From: Heterodontus francisci
Taxonomy: Eukaryota
Length of the DNA: 64,000 bases
Assembly (NCBI RefSeq): GCF_036365525.1
Contig: NW_027140453.1
Location: 992,001 to 1,056,000, forward strand
Reading direction: 5' to 3'
Shown here: positions 11,486 through 24,264 of the stretch, one piece after another
How positions within the stretch are numbered: the stretch's first letter is position 1
How the letters are laid out: the number at the start of each line of letters is the position of its first letter
Notes under the pieces: generated by a model
The model's database searches: none
Seen by the model: the letters and a program-made list of their open reading frames with translations, nothing else
Told to the model about the DNA's origin: nothing
Program-made: the position numbers and the translations under genes

Positions 11486-12989
11486 CTAAGCCGTGGCCAA
11501 AAACTCTGCAACAGGGCACTCGTCACAACATATCCTTCAGAAATATGGGAAAGGAGGAGGAGGCTATTAGGTCATATCCCTATCATTGATATGTTGTCAT
11601 TTTCTATTGGTTAGTAACAGTTCGGCATCTGGCAAAACCCATTAGGTCTTTCAGAGGAATTGGATTACAACATAATTAAAATTTATGTCTCAATTGCTAT
11701 TCAATTCATTTAACCACTTGTCAGCTGGTTAGCTGAGCTGGTTAATCTACTTTAACTAGTTGAGATGTCTCCTGTCCATCTTTGAACCGTTTGCACACTG
11801 AGCTTCATTTCTTTAAGTTGAGCTTCTTCATGAAGCACCCTTCTCTCTCTTGTGACATCAAGCAGGCTAATAAAAAGATCTGTGGAAATGATACGCTGTG
11901 GTTTTAACTCTGCTTTTCGCACCTTTACACAACATTTCACCAGGCATTGCAGTTCGCCAGCTCGCAGGAGAAAATACAAAACAGATACTGAGCTGAAAAC
12001 AACATGACAAACACACAGCAGGAACAGAGTCGAAAGGGGCTCCTGAGGATGGGAGGAAATAACACGGCGGGCACATCAGCATTTTGGAGGAGTTTAGGAT
12101 GGAGGGTCAATAGGGAATGTTAATAAGGGATGCTGGGTGGGTGCCCAGCACAGCTTTTTGTATGACCGACTGGCTTGCCCAGTCATTTCAGAGTCAGCCA
12201 CATTGTTGCAGGAATGGAGTCACCTTTTAGGCCAGGCCGGTTAAAGATGACAGATTTCCTTCTCTCAGTGAGAGATGGGTTTTTCAGGCAATCCAGTAGT
12301 TTTATGCTCACCATGACTGAGACCAGCTTTTTATCATTTTTTAAATTCGTTCATAGGATGTGGGCGTCGCTGGCCAGGCCAGCATTTATTGCCCATCTCT
12401 AATTGCCCTTGAGAAGGTGGTGGTGAGCTGCCTTCTTGAACCACTGCAGTCCATGTGTGGTAGTTACATCCACAGTGCTGTTAGGAAGGGAGTTCCAGGA
12501 TTTTGACCCAGCGACAGTGAAGGAATGGCGATATAGTTCCAAGTCAGGATGGTGTGTGACTTGGAGGGGAGCTTGCAGGTGGTGGTGTCCCGATGCATCT
12601 GCTGCCCTTGTCATTCTAGTTGGTAGAGGTCGCGAGTTTGGAAGGTGCTGTCTAAGGAGACTTTGTGCATTGCTACAGTGCATCTTGTAGATGGTACACA
12701 CTGCTGTCACTGTGTGTCGGTGGTGGAGGGAGTGAATGTTTATCTAACTAAGTGAACGTACATTATCCACCTTGCTGGGATTCGAATTCACGTCACCAAG
12801 TTATTAGCCCAGGCCTTTAGATTACTAGCCCAGTAACGTAACACTTTGCTACCTTACACTTCAACCTTCTTTTGAGCCTCAGCCCTAGGAGTGGAAAATA
12901 CAAATGTGGGCGGGTTTCTACGTGTGATTCACTCAGTGTTAAACCCACACACCAGCCTGTTTTTCTTTCTTAAGCTGTTTAAACGTTTG

Positions 12990-13018
12990 CAGCTGCACTC
13001 TGATAACCGCACATCCTG
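12990..13018. promoter_or_regulatory. Candidate enhancer module: E-box/GATA/RUNX/ETS
   Basis: CAGCTG..TGATAACCGCACATCCTG; the reverse complement CAGGATGTGCGGTT resembles the ETS-RUNX composite of the mammalian TCR-beta enhancer. Confidence 0.45.
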
Positions 13019-14003
13019 ACTGCGTGTTTCCTGTCTCTGTGTCTCTCTGTATAATTCGATTCTGCTGCTGTGTTGTTCTGACAAAGTCTTTCCACAAAAA
13101 AACATGGAAAGAAAGCAGTACAGAGGAATTTGCAGGTAGTTAGGGCGACGAATTGAATTAACAGGGGAGATAGGAGGAGTTGCACTAGCTGGGTTGATCT
13201 TGCAGAGAGCTGGAATTGACTCGATGGGCCAAATGGCCTCCTTCTGTACTGTAACCAGTCTCTGATTCTATGATAGATTCCCTGTGGTCGGAGAATCTGA
13301 AAATATATTTGATCAGTCAATCAAGTGTGAAGGAAATGCAACACCCAACATGTTTACATTGCTGACTCTTTATTCCCTCAGGTATAGAAGATTAAACGGT
13401 GATCTGACTGAGGTGTTTAAAATGACTGAATGTGTTGATAGAATAGATAGAGATAAACTATATCCTGTTGTTGGGGGTGGGGCACGGGGGCAGAACAAGT
13501 TGGTTTAAACCCAAACATCGAGCCAGGCTATTCAGGAGTGATGTCAGGAAGCATTTCTTCACACAAAGGGACGTGGAAATCTGTTTCCTGTGTGCAGATT
13601 AGTGTTTGTAAGGTCAATAAAATTTTGCACGAATGGTGTGGTAGTGATTCCTTTAGAAGAACAACACTTTATCTTTAAGACAAGCAGTTAAACTATAAAT
13701 GCATGTGCCAGAGTAGCATTTACCCCCACATCACGGTATTGTTTTTCATTACACCTCTGTTCATTNNNNNNNNNNNNNNNNNNNNNNNNNNNNNNNNNNN
13801 NNNNNNNNNNNNNNNNNNNNNNNNNNNNNNNNNNNNNNNNNNNNNNNNNNNNNNNNNNNNNNNNNNNNNNNNNNNNNNNNNNNNNNNNNNNNNNNNNNNN
13901 NNNNNNNNNNNNNNNNNNNNNNNNNNNNNNNNNNNNNNNNNNNNNNNNNNNNNNNNNNNNNNNNNNNNNNNNNNNNNNNNNNNNNNNNNNNNNNNNNNNN
14001 NNN

Positions 14004-14890
14004 CTGTCTATGGCTATCTAATTATCTGTCTGTCTACCTATTTCACTCTTTATATAGAATCTTTATCCATCAATATTTATCTACAAATCTATCTGTTGAT
14101 CCCTCTGTCTATCTATTCTCTAAACCACCTGTAGAACTCCCAATTCATTTCTTTCACTCTCTCTATCCAGTTATTTATCTATCTGTCTAGTCATCTCTCT
14201 ATCAATCTGTCTATCTATTTCTCTATCTATTGATCCCTTTATCCAACTGTATCTCTATCTATCTTATATGCCTATATATATATCTATACCTGCATTGCTC
14301 GATCTTTCTATTTAGTTCTCGATCATTATCTACCCACATATCACTCTATCTATCTATTGCTCTCTCCATCCATCACTTTCTTTCTTTATATCCAACTATC
14401 TACCTATCCATTTATTCCAACAGTTCATCTATCCATTTATTCATAACTTTCTTTAACTAACTATTTACCCATCACTCTGTCTATCTATTGCTACCTCTAT
14501 CCATCTATTTCGTTATATCCATCTATCTCTTCATCTCGATTTCTCTCCCTGTATCTCCCTCTCTATCTATTGATATCTCTATCTATTGACTTTTCTGTCC
14601 ATCTATATCTCCTATATGTCTATATAGGTCTATATGATCTGATATGATATGCCTTTATATGTCTCTAGAGATCGATCTTTCTATCTAACGCCCTATCTCT
14701 CTATTAGTATCTATCTATCTACCACTTTATCAATTGATGTCTCCATACAACTCTCTTTATATCTATCAATAGCTTTCTATATTTATATCTATCTATCAAT
14801 CCCTTTCTACCTATCAGTCAATCCTTGTCTATCTATCCATCTAACTCTCTATCCGTCTATCCATCTATCTATCTATTTTTCTGTCCACCA
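14004..14890. repeat. TCTA-rich degenerate microsatellite
   Basis: Seen directly in the sequence. Confidence 0.9.
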
Positions 14891-15524
14891 GATTGACATT
14901 GGACTCTCATTGACAGGACCTGCATATAAGATCACAGACAGCAGGTGGCAGCAGAGATCAACATTTCATCCAATTCCATCATCCTGAGCTCAAGTGAGAA
15001 AGACAGGATGGAGGAAGGACAGGGGGCAGGAAAAAAGAAAGTTTGTTTGGGTGAAAAAGGGGGAAAAAAGAGATTGAAAGAACGTGACGAGAAAAGAGAG
15101 AAGAACTGCAAGAGAAATCCAAGGAAGGAGAAGAGTTTAGGAAAAAGGGGGCGGGAAGGAATGAGAAAGTAGAGAAAGAAAAAGAGAAGGGAAAGAAAAT
15201 GGAGAGAAGAAATCAGAACAAGAAAGAAAGACAGAGAGGAAGAGAGATAGAGAGAAAGAAAGATAAACAATGAAGGAGAGGAGTAGATTGAAAGGAATGA
15301 CAAAAGATAGAAAATTGGTCGATACAATAACAGAAAGTTTGATTGGATGAAATAAAAAAATTGATGGAAGAGAAGAATTAAAGAAAGGATAAAAGAATGA
15401 TGGGGAGGAAGAAAGATAATTAAAATAAGGAACTAAAGACTGAAAGCATAACTAAATGAATGATATAAAAATGCTGAAGAAGGAAATTCAGCTGCAATAG
15501 GCATCACAGACTTTGCTGCACTGA

Positions 15525-15810
15525 CCCAGCAGCCACATTTCCTCTGCATGGAGGGGGCAGGTGCACGGGGCCCAGAGACAGCGTCTCACCCAGTAGGAAA
15601 TGAGACAAACATGGGCTCAATCTGCCAGCCTCTGAGCGGAGAGCACAGCAACAATAACAGGTGGCACTTTCCGTTAAACCACAGGGTGAAACTCGGGCGC
15701 AATGACCTACTTTACAAACCGTGCAGCGCGCCTGCATGCAGAAAGCTGAGCTGCACCATTTGAAAGTTCACATCCCACGGCCTCCGTTTGATATCTTTCC
15801 GTGCAGCTGC
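15525..15810. promoter_or_regulatory. Candidate TCR-beta 3' enhancer (RUNX/ETS/E-box cluster)
   Basis: Unique GC-richer island among simple repeats: GCCACATTTCCT (15532-43), CAGGTG x2 (15558, 15658), TTCC..AACCACA (15669-83), CAGCTG (15804). Confidence 0.45.
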
Positions 15811-18800
15811 ACAATGTTATTTTCCAGCTCCAGTCTTGTTTTGAGTTAATATTTTCCGGAGGAAATGACACTGTAACCGAATTTTAAAGTCACAGCTCAT
15901 TATCGCTCCGGTTCACTCAAGCAGACAATCACTTTAACAAGCCAAATCTTTACCCCCATACAGTATGTAAGATTTCAGTGAACGTTTGGCCGACTCTGCT
16001 CTGTCTCATTGATATTTTCCAGTGTTACTGCTGAAATTTTGCATTTAGGGTTTTTTTTTTATATGTGGAGAATTGGAACGGGGAGTGAGCAAGTACTGGT
16101 AAAAAAGGGGAAGGGATGTGATTCGAGACCAGATTGTGTGTGTGAGAGAAAGAGCTAGGGAGAGCTGGGGAGAGAGACAAAGAGAGAGAGAGGGTGAGGG
16201 GAAGAGGGGGCAAGGGAGCGAGAGAGAGAGATAAACAAACAGAGGGGGCAAGATATGGAGAGAGAGAAAGACAGAGGGAAAGAGAGGGGAAGGGATGGAG
16301 AGAGAGAAAGACAGAGGGAAAGAGAAGGGAAGGGATGGAGAGAGACAAATAGACAGACAGGATAGAATATGGAGTGAAAGACAGGCAGCGAGAGAGAGAG
16401 AGAGAGAGGGTTACAGAGAGACAGAAAGGCAGACAATGAAAAATACTGAGGAGTCAGCAACTTGGAAAACGGTAAGCGAGGTGATAGAGAGAGAGGGGGA
16501 GGGGAGAGAGAGAGACAAACATGGTGAGTGATGGGGAATTAAGCAGGCAGCGCACAGAAAGAGGAAGAAATGAGATAGAAAGGAAAAGAGGTAGGGGAAT
16601 GGCTGTATAAGAGATACAGAGAGAAAGAAGGGATAAATGAAAGATACAGGGAGAGAAAAATAGAAAGAGAGAGGGAGAATGATAGTGGGGAATAGAAAAG
16701 GAGAGAAAGATGCAGGGCATAGTGAAAGGCAGGGGACGTATAGAGACAGAGAACTGGTGAGATAGAGAGACCAGGAGCTAGAATAGTGGGTAGATAGAGC
16801 TGACAAAAAAGAGTTTCCGATTACCAAAAATGCAACGCTTGTAGCCTTCTAAAGCTGGTTTAAAGATTGACTTGATATCTACGTACATCAATCAGCCTGA
16901 TAATGAAGGTATCTTTCAATGTCTGTAGCCAGTGAGAAAGTGTTCATCTTCCTGAGATGCAGGTCAGTGTGCACTGTTAGCCATCAGGAAAGAATGAACA
17001 GGCTGGGACACTTTTCTGTTGAATGAAGAAAGCTGAGGGGTGACCTGATAGACGTCTTTAGGCTTACGAAGGGGTTTGATAGGGGAGATGGGGCCATAAA
17101 TATAAGACACATCACTATTGAATCCAATCAGGAGAGACTTCTTTACCCAGAGAGTGGTGGGAACGTGGAACTCGCTACCACTTTAAGAAGAATAGCATCG
17201 ATGCCTTTAAGGGGAAGTTGGGAAAGCACTTGAAAGAGAACGGAATGGAAGGAGATGTGCTGGGGTGAGATGAAGCGTGGGTGGGAGGTGGCTCATGTGG
17301 AGCTGAAACACTGGCATGGACCAGACGGGCTGAATGGTCTGTTTCTGTGCTGAAATCTCTATGGAGCTGGGGTGCAGTTCAGACAAGGTCTCACTGAATG
17401 GCAGAACAGATGCGAGGATCAAAATGGCCCCCCTCTTGTTCCGAGGTTTCTTTGAACACAGCCTGGGTCTGGTGCAGTTAAACACAGAGGTGACTGGCTC
17501 GATCCCTCCCCAACAGTATCGCTCAGTAACCCCATAGGGCAGAAGGGAGACAGCAACCACCTGTCATTACCCATCTCCCACGTGGACAATCCCTTGGCGA
17601 CTGTGAGCGCCATTGCCCGCTCAGAGCAAACCATTTACAAAGGAGGGGTGCAGCGTCCTGGGTGCCAAAGCCGGGGATGAAATTGCCCAAATCTAGAACA
17701 GTCTGGTAAAGCACTCATCGGTGAAATTGCGTGGAAGGACAGCATTGTGGTAGGAATGGTCTGGGCTCATAATGTCAAGATAAGAGTTCAAATCCCATCA
17801 TGGTAGCTGGGGAATTTCAATTCTGCTAATTAGCTCAAAATGTGCAATAAATAGCTAACATCAGCAATGGCGACCTTGAAACTGCGAGAGATTTGTATCA
17901 AACTCCATCTGGTTAACTCATGTTCTTTAGGGACGGAAATCTGCAGCCGTTACCCGGCCTGGCCTGCATGCAACTCCAGACCCACAGCAATGTGGTTGAC
18001 TCATAACCGCTCTCTGAAATGGCCTCGAAAGATATTCTTTTGTATTCAGGAAAGTAGTTCATCGCCACCTTCTCAGTGGCTGTCAGGGATGGGTTACACA
18101 TAGCAACAGGGAAATAGGAGACCATTTAGCCTACTCGAACCTGCCACATAGAGCTAGGAAGAGATTCTGCACTCTCACGCCTGTTGCATAGAATTGGGCG
18201 GAGGAGGTCATTCGGTCCAGTAGAGTCTGTTGCATTGCAACAGGGGGGGTCCATTCAGCCCCTCGATTCTGTTACATAGGCATAGTGTGAGTCCATTAAA
18301 CCCCGGCACATGTTCCACCATTCAATTAGCTCATGGAAGATATGCACACCAACCCCATTTCCCCATCTTTGCTCAATATCCCTTGATCCCGTTACCCAAT
18401 AAAATTCATCTAATGTCTACCTGCATATTTTAATGTTGTTTGGAAATGTTGTGCCAAGCGCATGGGGTAAAACTGAAATAATAGTGGAGAGAAACGGTTT
18501 TCTTTGTCGAAATATTCTATTTATTTCTTAACCAGTGAACAAGAAAAGAATAAAAAATGTAGAAGATCACAAGCGAGCTGTCGATACTGGATCCACTGAG
18601 AACCCCACGACAAATAATGGACAATTATGAGCGCATTTTCCATCTGCAATCGATGAGGTGTCTGATACAAATAGTAATAACATTTCTGCATTAACAGAAA
18701 AGGGAAAAAAGACATTAATAGTTGCACTAAACAGAACTTGAAGTTACAATTTGTTTCCTACTGCTTAATATTATACACAGCTTTACTAGAATTGCACGGA

Positions 18801-19300
18801 ATGAGGGACTTCAGTTTCATGGAAAGATCAGCAAAGCTGGAATTGATCGCCTTGGCATTAACAACTGGCTTTTTCAAAGAGCTAGCACTTGCACGATGGG
18901 CCAAGTGGCCTCCTTTCGTCCTGTAAGGTTGTATGTTTCTTTATAACATTTCAAACAACACAGACTAACAATTAATAAACAGACAAAATAAACTGGAAAA
19001 AAAGTTTGCACGTTTCTCAAAGCTTCACCTACTGAGACAACAGGAATTTAATACATTGACGAGAATATGAAAGGACTTATTCTAGTGGAAAAGACAGACT
19101 GGGGCTTAAAATTTCCTCTGTTCGTTTCCCGCAGTGGTGATGGGTATTTAGGGTTGTCCGCCAAAGTTACGCGAGTACAGCGGGAGTGGTTTAGACGAAA
19201 TTCACCCCCGAGATATTCACAATAATCGTATTTTCTCTCCCCTTGCTCCCTCGTGTGTTCTGCTGCTTATCCATCTTTTGAGTTCATTAATTTGCGACGA

Positions 19301-19327
19301 TCAGTCAAACCTTTTGCTGTAAGACGT
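19301..19327 (-). CDS. TRBC: TCR beta constant exon 4 (TSYSKRFD*)
   Basis: Acceptor CAG 19330-19328, phase 0, TGA stop; candidate AATAAA at 18525-18520. Confidence 0.85.
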   Translation of the reverse strand, partial: TSYSKRFD

Positions 19328-20272
19328 CTGGTATATGATAAAAAAAAGAGGGAGTTATTATCGTCATGGAATTATGGACTGATACAGAACAGAAGGAGGC
19401 CATTCGTCCCGCGTGCCTATACTGGCATTTTGAAAGAGCTGTCCAATTAGTCCCATTTCACAGTTCTTTCCCCTATAGCCCTGAGACTATTCCCTCCCCC
19501 ACTACCTCAACCCCCTCAAACAAGTATTCATCCAATTCCCTCTTGAAAGTTACTACTGAATCAGCTTCCACCGACCTTTCAGCCAGTGCATTCTCAACCA
19601 CAACAACTCGCTGGCTCAAAATATATTTCTCACCTGCCCCTCTGCTCCCTTGGCTAATCACCTTACAGCTGTGTCCTTGGTTGGGCAATCCTGCTGCCTC
19701 TTTGAAGCTGTTACCCCATTCATTGTCCTATCCAAACCATTCATCATTGTGCACACCTCTATTAAATCTCTCCTTAACCTTCCCTGATCCAAGGAGAACA
19801 ATCCCAACTTCCGTATTCTCCTCACATCACTGAGGTCCCTCAACCCTGATACCGTTCAAGTAAATCGCCCCTTCACCCTCTCCAATGACTCGACATCACT
19901 GTCCTGACCAGATCATCATGTGCATGAATAATCGAGACGAACCATGCACATGCTCTTTCCTGCTCATGCATTCCTAACCTTGCATATAAAGTCTTGTAAA
20001 ATCACAATAAGTTCAATTATTTTCCAAGGGAAATTCCAGAACATTGACAATTGTGTTCAACTGGATTAAATTGGTTGGTTAGTTTTGTGGGCACAGGAAT
20101 GAATGGAAAGTGAATTGGTGTATTCCATCTGCGTGCAATAGGAATGCAAAACGTGGGCTCGTGAATATCGGATAATCACTCGTAATTTCAGTCTGGAATT
20201 CAGGAGAAACTTCTTTACCCAGTTTCACCATTACAATACCTATGTTAAGAACTTCAGTAAGTTTAATCTTAC

Positions 20273-20379
20273 CTTAGTTTTCCAAGCAATTGTTGAGATG
20301 AAAATTGCATAAAAGATGCTTTTGCAGATGAGGATCAGGTATGTCAGTTTTGCTGTTGCCATGCTTTGGATTTTCGCCT
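20273..20379 (-). CDS. TRBC: TCR beta constant exon 3 (TM)
   Basis: EAKIQSMATAKLTYLILICKSIFYAIFISTIAWKTK; Y..L..K...Y antigen-receptor TM motif; AG/GT boundaries. Confidence 0.95.
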
Positions 20380-21179
20380 CTGTAAAATAAATGTCACAGA
20401 AAATGTTGCAATCTCTGTTCTCTCAAGGCAAGAAATGCTACTGCGTGAAAATGTAATGTGTGTCAGTGAAGGAGCCCAATGTAAGGGTCGAGCTGCGAAA
20501 GCAGAACTGATCTCCCTTTGACGCAAGGAGCCCTGGGGTATTCCTTACGACAAATGGAGTTCAGCAATATGGCCGATCTGAATTGGGGCCGCTGTAACTT
20601 ATGTGTCAGCTATGGCTCACGTATGTATCAGCTCTAGCTGAGTGGGTAACGCTCTCCTGTCTGAGTCGTACGATTGTGGGTTCATGCCCCAGTCCAAAGA
20701 CATGAACCCCATAATCCAGACTGACTCTCCCAGTGCCAGTAGACAGCGTGTGTGCTGCACTGCAACTTTGGAGGAACCTTCTTTGAGATGATGTGTTGAA
20801 CTAATTTAACCTCTGGGAAGTGGAACTGTTCCTCTTATCTCCACGCCAGATTCACACTATGAACTCCCAAGGAATTGTAAGTTTTAAGACAGGTGTACAC
20901 AGCTCCCTCCCCTCCCATCCCCAGGCGTCCCCTCTCCCTCATCACAGGGCAACATATTTCCCTGAGGTCGTGAACCCAAGAGGACCGTGAGGTTATATCA
21001 TTCGACTAGGCTGGTCTCGAAATTCCAACGGCCTTTCTCTCCCAGAGGAGTTTTCTCATAAACTCGTTGTGCATGATAGTATGTATAACTGTAAAACTAC
21101 AGCTTGGAAATGTTGAAATGAGTATAGACATGAAATGTCTGACACAGTAATAATTCCAGAATTATTGGTGAATATTTTT

Positions 21180-21720
21180 TGAGTCATGGAGTCATTACAG
21201 CACAGAAAGAGGTCATTCGGCCCATCGAGTCCATGCAGGATCTCTATAGAGCAATCCAGTCAGTCCAGCTCTCCCCTTCCATCCCCATTGCCCTGCAATT
21301 TAATTACCCTCAACAGTCCGTCCAGTTTCCTTATGAAATCATTCATTATCTCCATTTCCACCACCCTCGTAGACAGTGACTTCCAGGTCATTACCATTCG
21401 CTGCATAAAACACTTCTTCCTCACATCCCCCACCCCCCCACTGCATATTTTTCCCAAAGCCTGAACACAGAGACCCCCCCCCCAGTCCTTGTGCCAGCAA
21501 CTCATGAGGACAACTTTTCTTTGTCTACCTATTGTAAACCTGTCATAATCTTGTACAACACTGTCAAATAGCCCCTCAATCTCCTTTTGTCCAAGGAGAA
21601 CAACCCAGGTTCTCCAATGTAACTTTTTAGCTAAAATTCCTCATCTCTGGAACCATTGTGGTAAATCTCCTCTGCACCCTCTCAAGGACCTTCACCTCCT
21701 TTACAAAGTGTGGAGACCAG
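21180..21720 (-). mobile_element. CR1-type LINE 3' fragment in C-beta intron 2
   Basis: Reverse-strand homology to the fragment at 22850-23410. Confidence 0.8.
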
Positions 21721-21748
21721 ATACAGATAGAAGCAGATAGATATTCAC

Positions 21749-21769
21749 CTTTACTTATACCGCACATTT
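21749..21769 (-). CDS. TRBC: TCR beta constant exon 2 (hinge, EMCGISK)
   Basis: 21-nt phase-1/1 exon with the inter-chain Cys; CAG / GTGAAT boundaries. Confidence 0.9.
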
Positions 21770-22089
21770 CTGGGAAAAGAAAGAAAAATCAATAAACATT
21801 CAGCATCAGAATATTTTATGAAATCACTGTGTAAATGTAGATTATCACAATTGAGTCCCGCACTGTAGTCTAATATATTGAGAGTCATTTTAATTGAGTG
21901 TTTAACCATATCTTCCCCTTTACACTACAATATTGTTCTATTTCATGAATTATTTAATTATTTATTGACTAACTGATACATCTACTTGCTTATTTGTACT
22001 TTCATAAGAGCACAGGTGCTATATAAATGCAACTTTCTGATTTCTGTGACGCTGAAATAAAATGGCATTGGTCTCACTAGTGTGCCTAC

Positions 22090-22440
22090 CTGCTTTGACA
22101 GCTAATGTTGAACTGCTTGTTGTAGGCACTGATTCGTTAGTGTAGAGATCGACTCTGCACTCAACGTTCTTGGACCGAGCCCAATCTAGGGCGTCGAATC
22201 TCAGCCGGCTGCTGATGCTGTAAGATGTATTTTCTTTTGATAGGATGGCATTGAGATCAGTGTGAATGTTCGTGTCATTGGCATCTTTCTCCTTGCCATC
22301 GACAAGCCAGTGGATCTTGATGTTGTCGGGGTAGAAGTCGCTTACGAGGCAGACCACAGTGGCTTTTTTCTTTTCTCTAATCTCTTCGGGAGAGGGCTCA
22401 AAGACAGTAACTTTGGCAGGCCTAATCGTATCGTTTTCGC
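22090..22440 (-). CDS. TRBC: TCR beta constant exon 1 (Ig C1 domain)
   Basis: ENDTIRPAKVTVFEPSPEEIREKKKATVVCLVSDFYPDNIKIHW...SYSISSRLR...VECRV...LAVKA; VFEPS, KATxVCL and SSRLR are C-beta hallmarks; four N-x-S/T sequons; AG/GT boundaries. Confidence 0.97.
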
Positions 22441-22533
22441 CTGCAGGAAAAGTAAATGGAGAGAATATGGATGAGTATGAAACCCGTCTTGAGAATTTTA
22501 AACCACCAAACAATATCAACCTTTCAATTCTAG

Positions 22534-22586
22534 CCAGAGCAGTTAATTTTGTGCCAACTCCAGAATAAACCTCTCTGTTTCCCGAA
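22534..22586 (-). pseudogene. TRBJ: J-beta 2.18, donor-less (SGNREVYSGVGTKLTAL), in frame with C exon 1
   Basis: F>S in FGxG; donor GT>CT; degenerate RSS (CACCGAT 22587-93); 93-nt stop-free gap to the C exon. Confidence 0.7.
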
Positions 22587-22849
22587 CACCGATCAGTCAT
22601 AAAACGTAGAATCAGTTTGCAACCTCGACCTGCTTTTGTACATTTTAACCCAAAGTGGCAGAAAATGATCATCTCAACCTCTTAGTCATTGAGGGAAGTA
22701 CAAGTCTGTCTCATTATGAAAGAGGTTCTCCTGTCTATCTGAAAAGTGTCGTCCTGAACTCTGGGCCAGCCTGTTCTCAATAAAAAGGCTATCACTCACC
22801 TTGTCCCATTATCTAGAGCCCTTTCCTATCAGGGAGGTTATGGGGAACA

Positions 22850-23412
22850 TTTCTAAAGCTCTGGTTAGGCCACAACTAGAGTTTTGCAGCCAGTTCTGAC
22901 CACCACATTTGAGGAAGGTAGTGAGTGTCCTTGAGAGGGTGCAGAGGATATTTAACAGAATGGTTCCAGGGATGAAGGATTTTAGCTACAAGGTTAGGTT
23001 GGAGAAGCTGGGATTGTTCTGCTTGGAGCAAAGGAGATTGAGGGGAGATTTGATGGCAGCGTACAAGATTATGACGGATTTAGATAAGGTAGACAAAGAA
23101 AAGCTTCACCCATTAGTTGTTGGTACAAGGACCAGGAGAGACAGATTTCTGGTGCTGTGCAAAAGATGCAGGGGGGTGTGAGGAGGGACATTTTAATGCC
23201 ACGTGTGGTAATGACCTGGAACTCGCTGCCTACAAGGGTGGTGGAAGCGGAGACAATGAATGATTTCAGAAGGAAATTGGATGGACACTTGAGGCAAATT
23301 AACTTGCAGGGCCACAGGGATAGAGCGAGGGAGTGGGACTGATTGGATTGCCAGACAGAGAGCTGGCATGGACTCGATGGGCTGAATGGCCCCCCTCCGT
23401 GCTGTATTATGA
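22850..23412 (+). mobile_element. CR1-type LINE 3' fragment
   Basis: LERVQRIFNRMVPGM...RRLRGDL motifs. Confidence 0.88.
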
Positions 23413-24264
23413 TTCGAATCCTACTCTTGTCTCTTCCCCCAAATGTAATATTTAATAATTAGTGCTACCGTAAGCTCACACATGAAAGGAGGGGACCATT
23501 CGGCCTGTTGTGTGAATTCCAGCTCTTTGGTAGAACTAGCCAATGAATCCTACTCCCCACCCTGTTCTTCTCACATAACCCAGTAAACTATGTACCTTCA
23601 AACTCTCTCTATTTCCCTTTTGAAAGCTACTTTTGAAGTGAAGCTACTATTGAATCTGCTTTCAGCACCATGTCAGGCATTACATTCCAAATCACAACAA
23701 CTCGCTGTTTAAACAAAATATTTCCTCATCCCCCCCTTTTTTTTGCCAACGACCTTAAATCTGTGTCCTTCTGGTTACCGAACCTCCTACCACTGGAAAA
23801 AAAGGTTTCTCCCTTTTAACTCTATCGAAAGCCTTCCTGAGTTTCAGCACCTCGATTAAAATTTTCCCTGTACCTTCTCTGCTCCAAGGAGAACAATCCC
23901 AGCTTCTTCAATCTCTTCATGATATCTGAAGTGCCTCAACTCTGGAACCATTCCAGTCAATCTACTCTGCATTCTCTCTGGGGACTTAACCTGTTTTCCA
24001 AAGGGTGGCACCAAAATGGAACACAATGCTGCTACTGAGGCCTAAACAGTGTTTTATAAATGTTCATGATAACAGCTTTGCTTTTGCCCTCTGTGCCTCT
24101 GTTTACAGAGCCAAAAGGATTCAGTGTGCATTTTGATAGCCTTTTGAACCTGCCCTGCCACCTTCATAGATTTATGAACATACATCCCCCTGGTTTCTCT
24201 GTTCCTGCACCCAATTTAAAATTGTACCGTTTGAGAAACAATGTATTGGCTCAACGAAAATAAG

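Noticed and set aside
17440-17750. Unique-looking GC-rich stretch 3' of C-beta as a possible inverted V gene
   Set aside because: I found no WYRQ or YxC motif and no RSS in any frame; probably an interspersed repeat.
22795-22830. GATAATGGGACAAG|GTGAGT J-like remnant on the minus strand
   Set aside because: Too short, with no FG motif or RSS; it abuts a LINE fragment.
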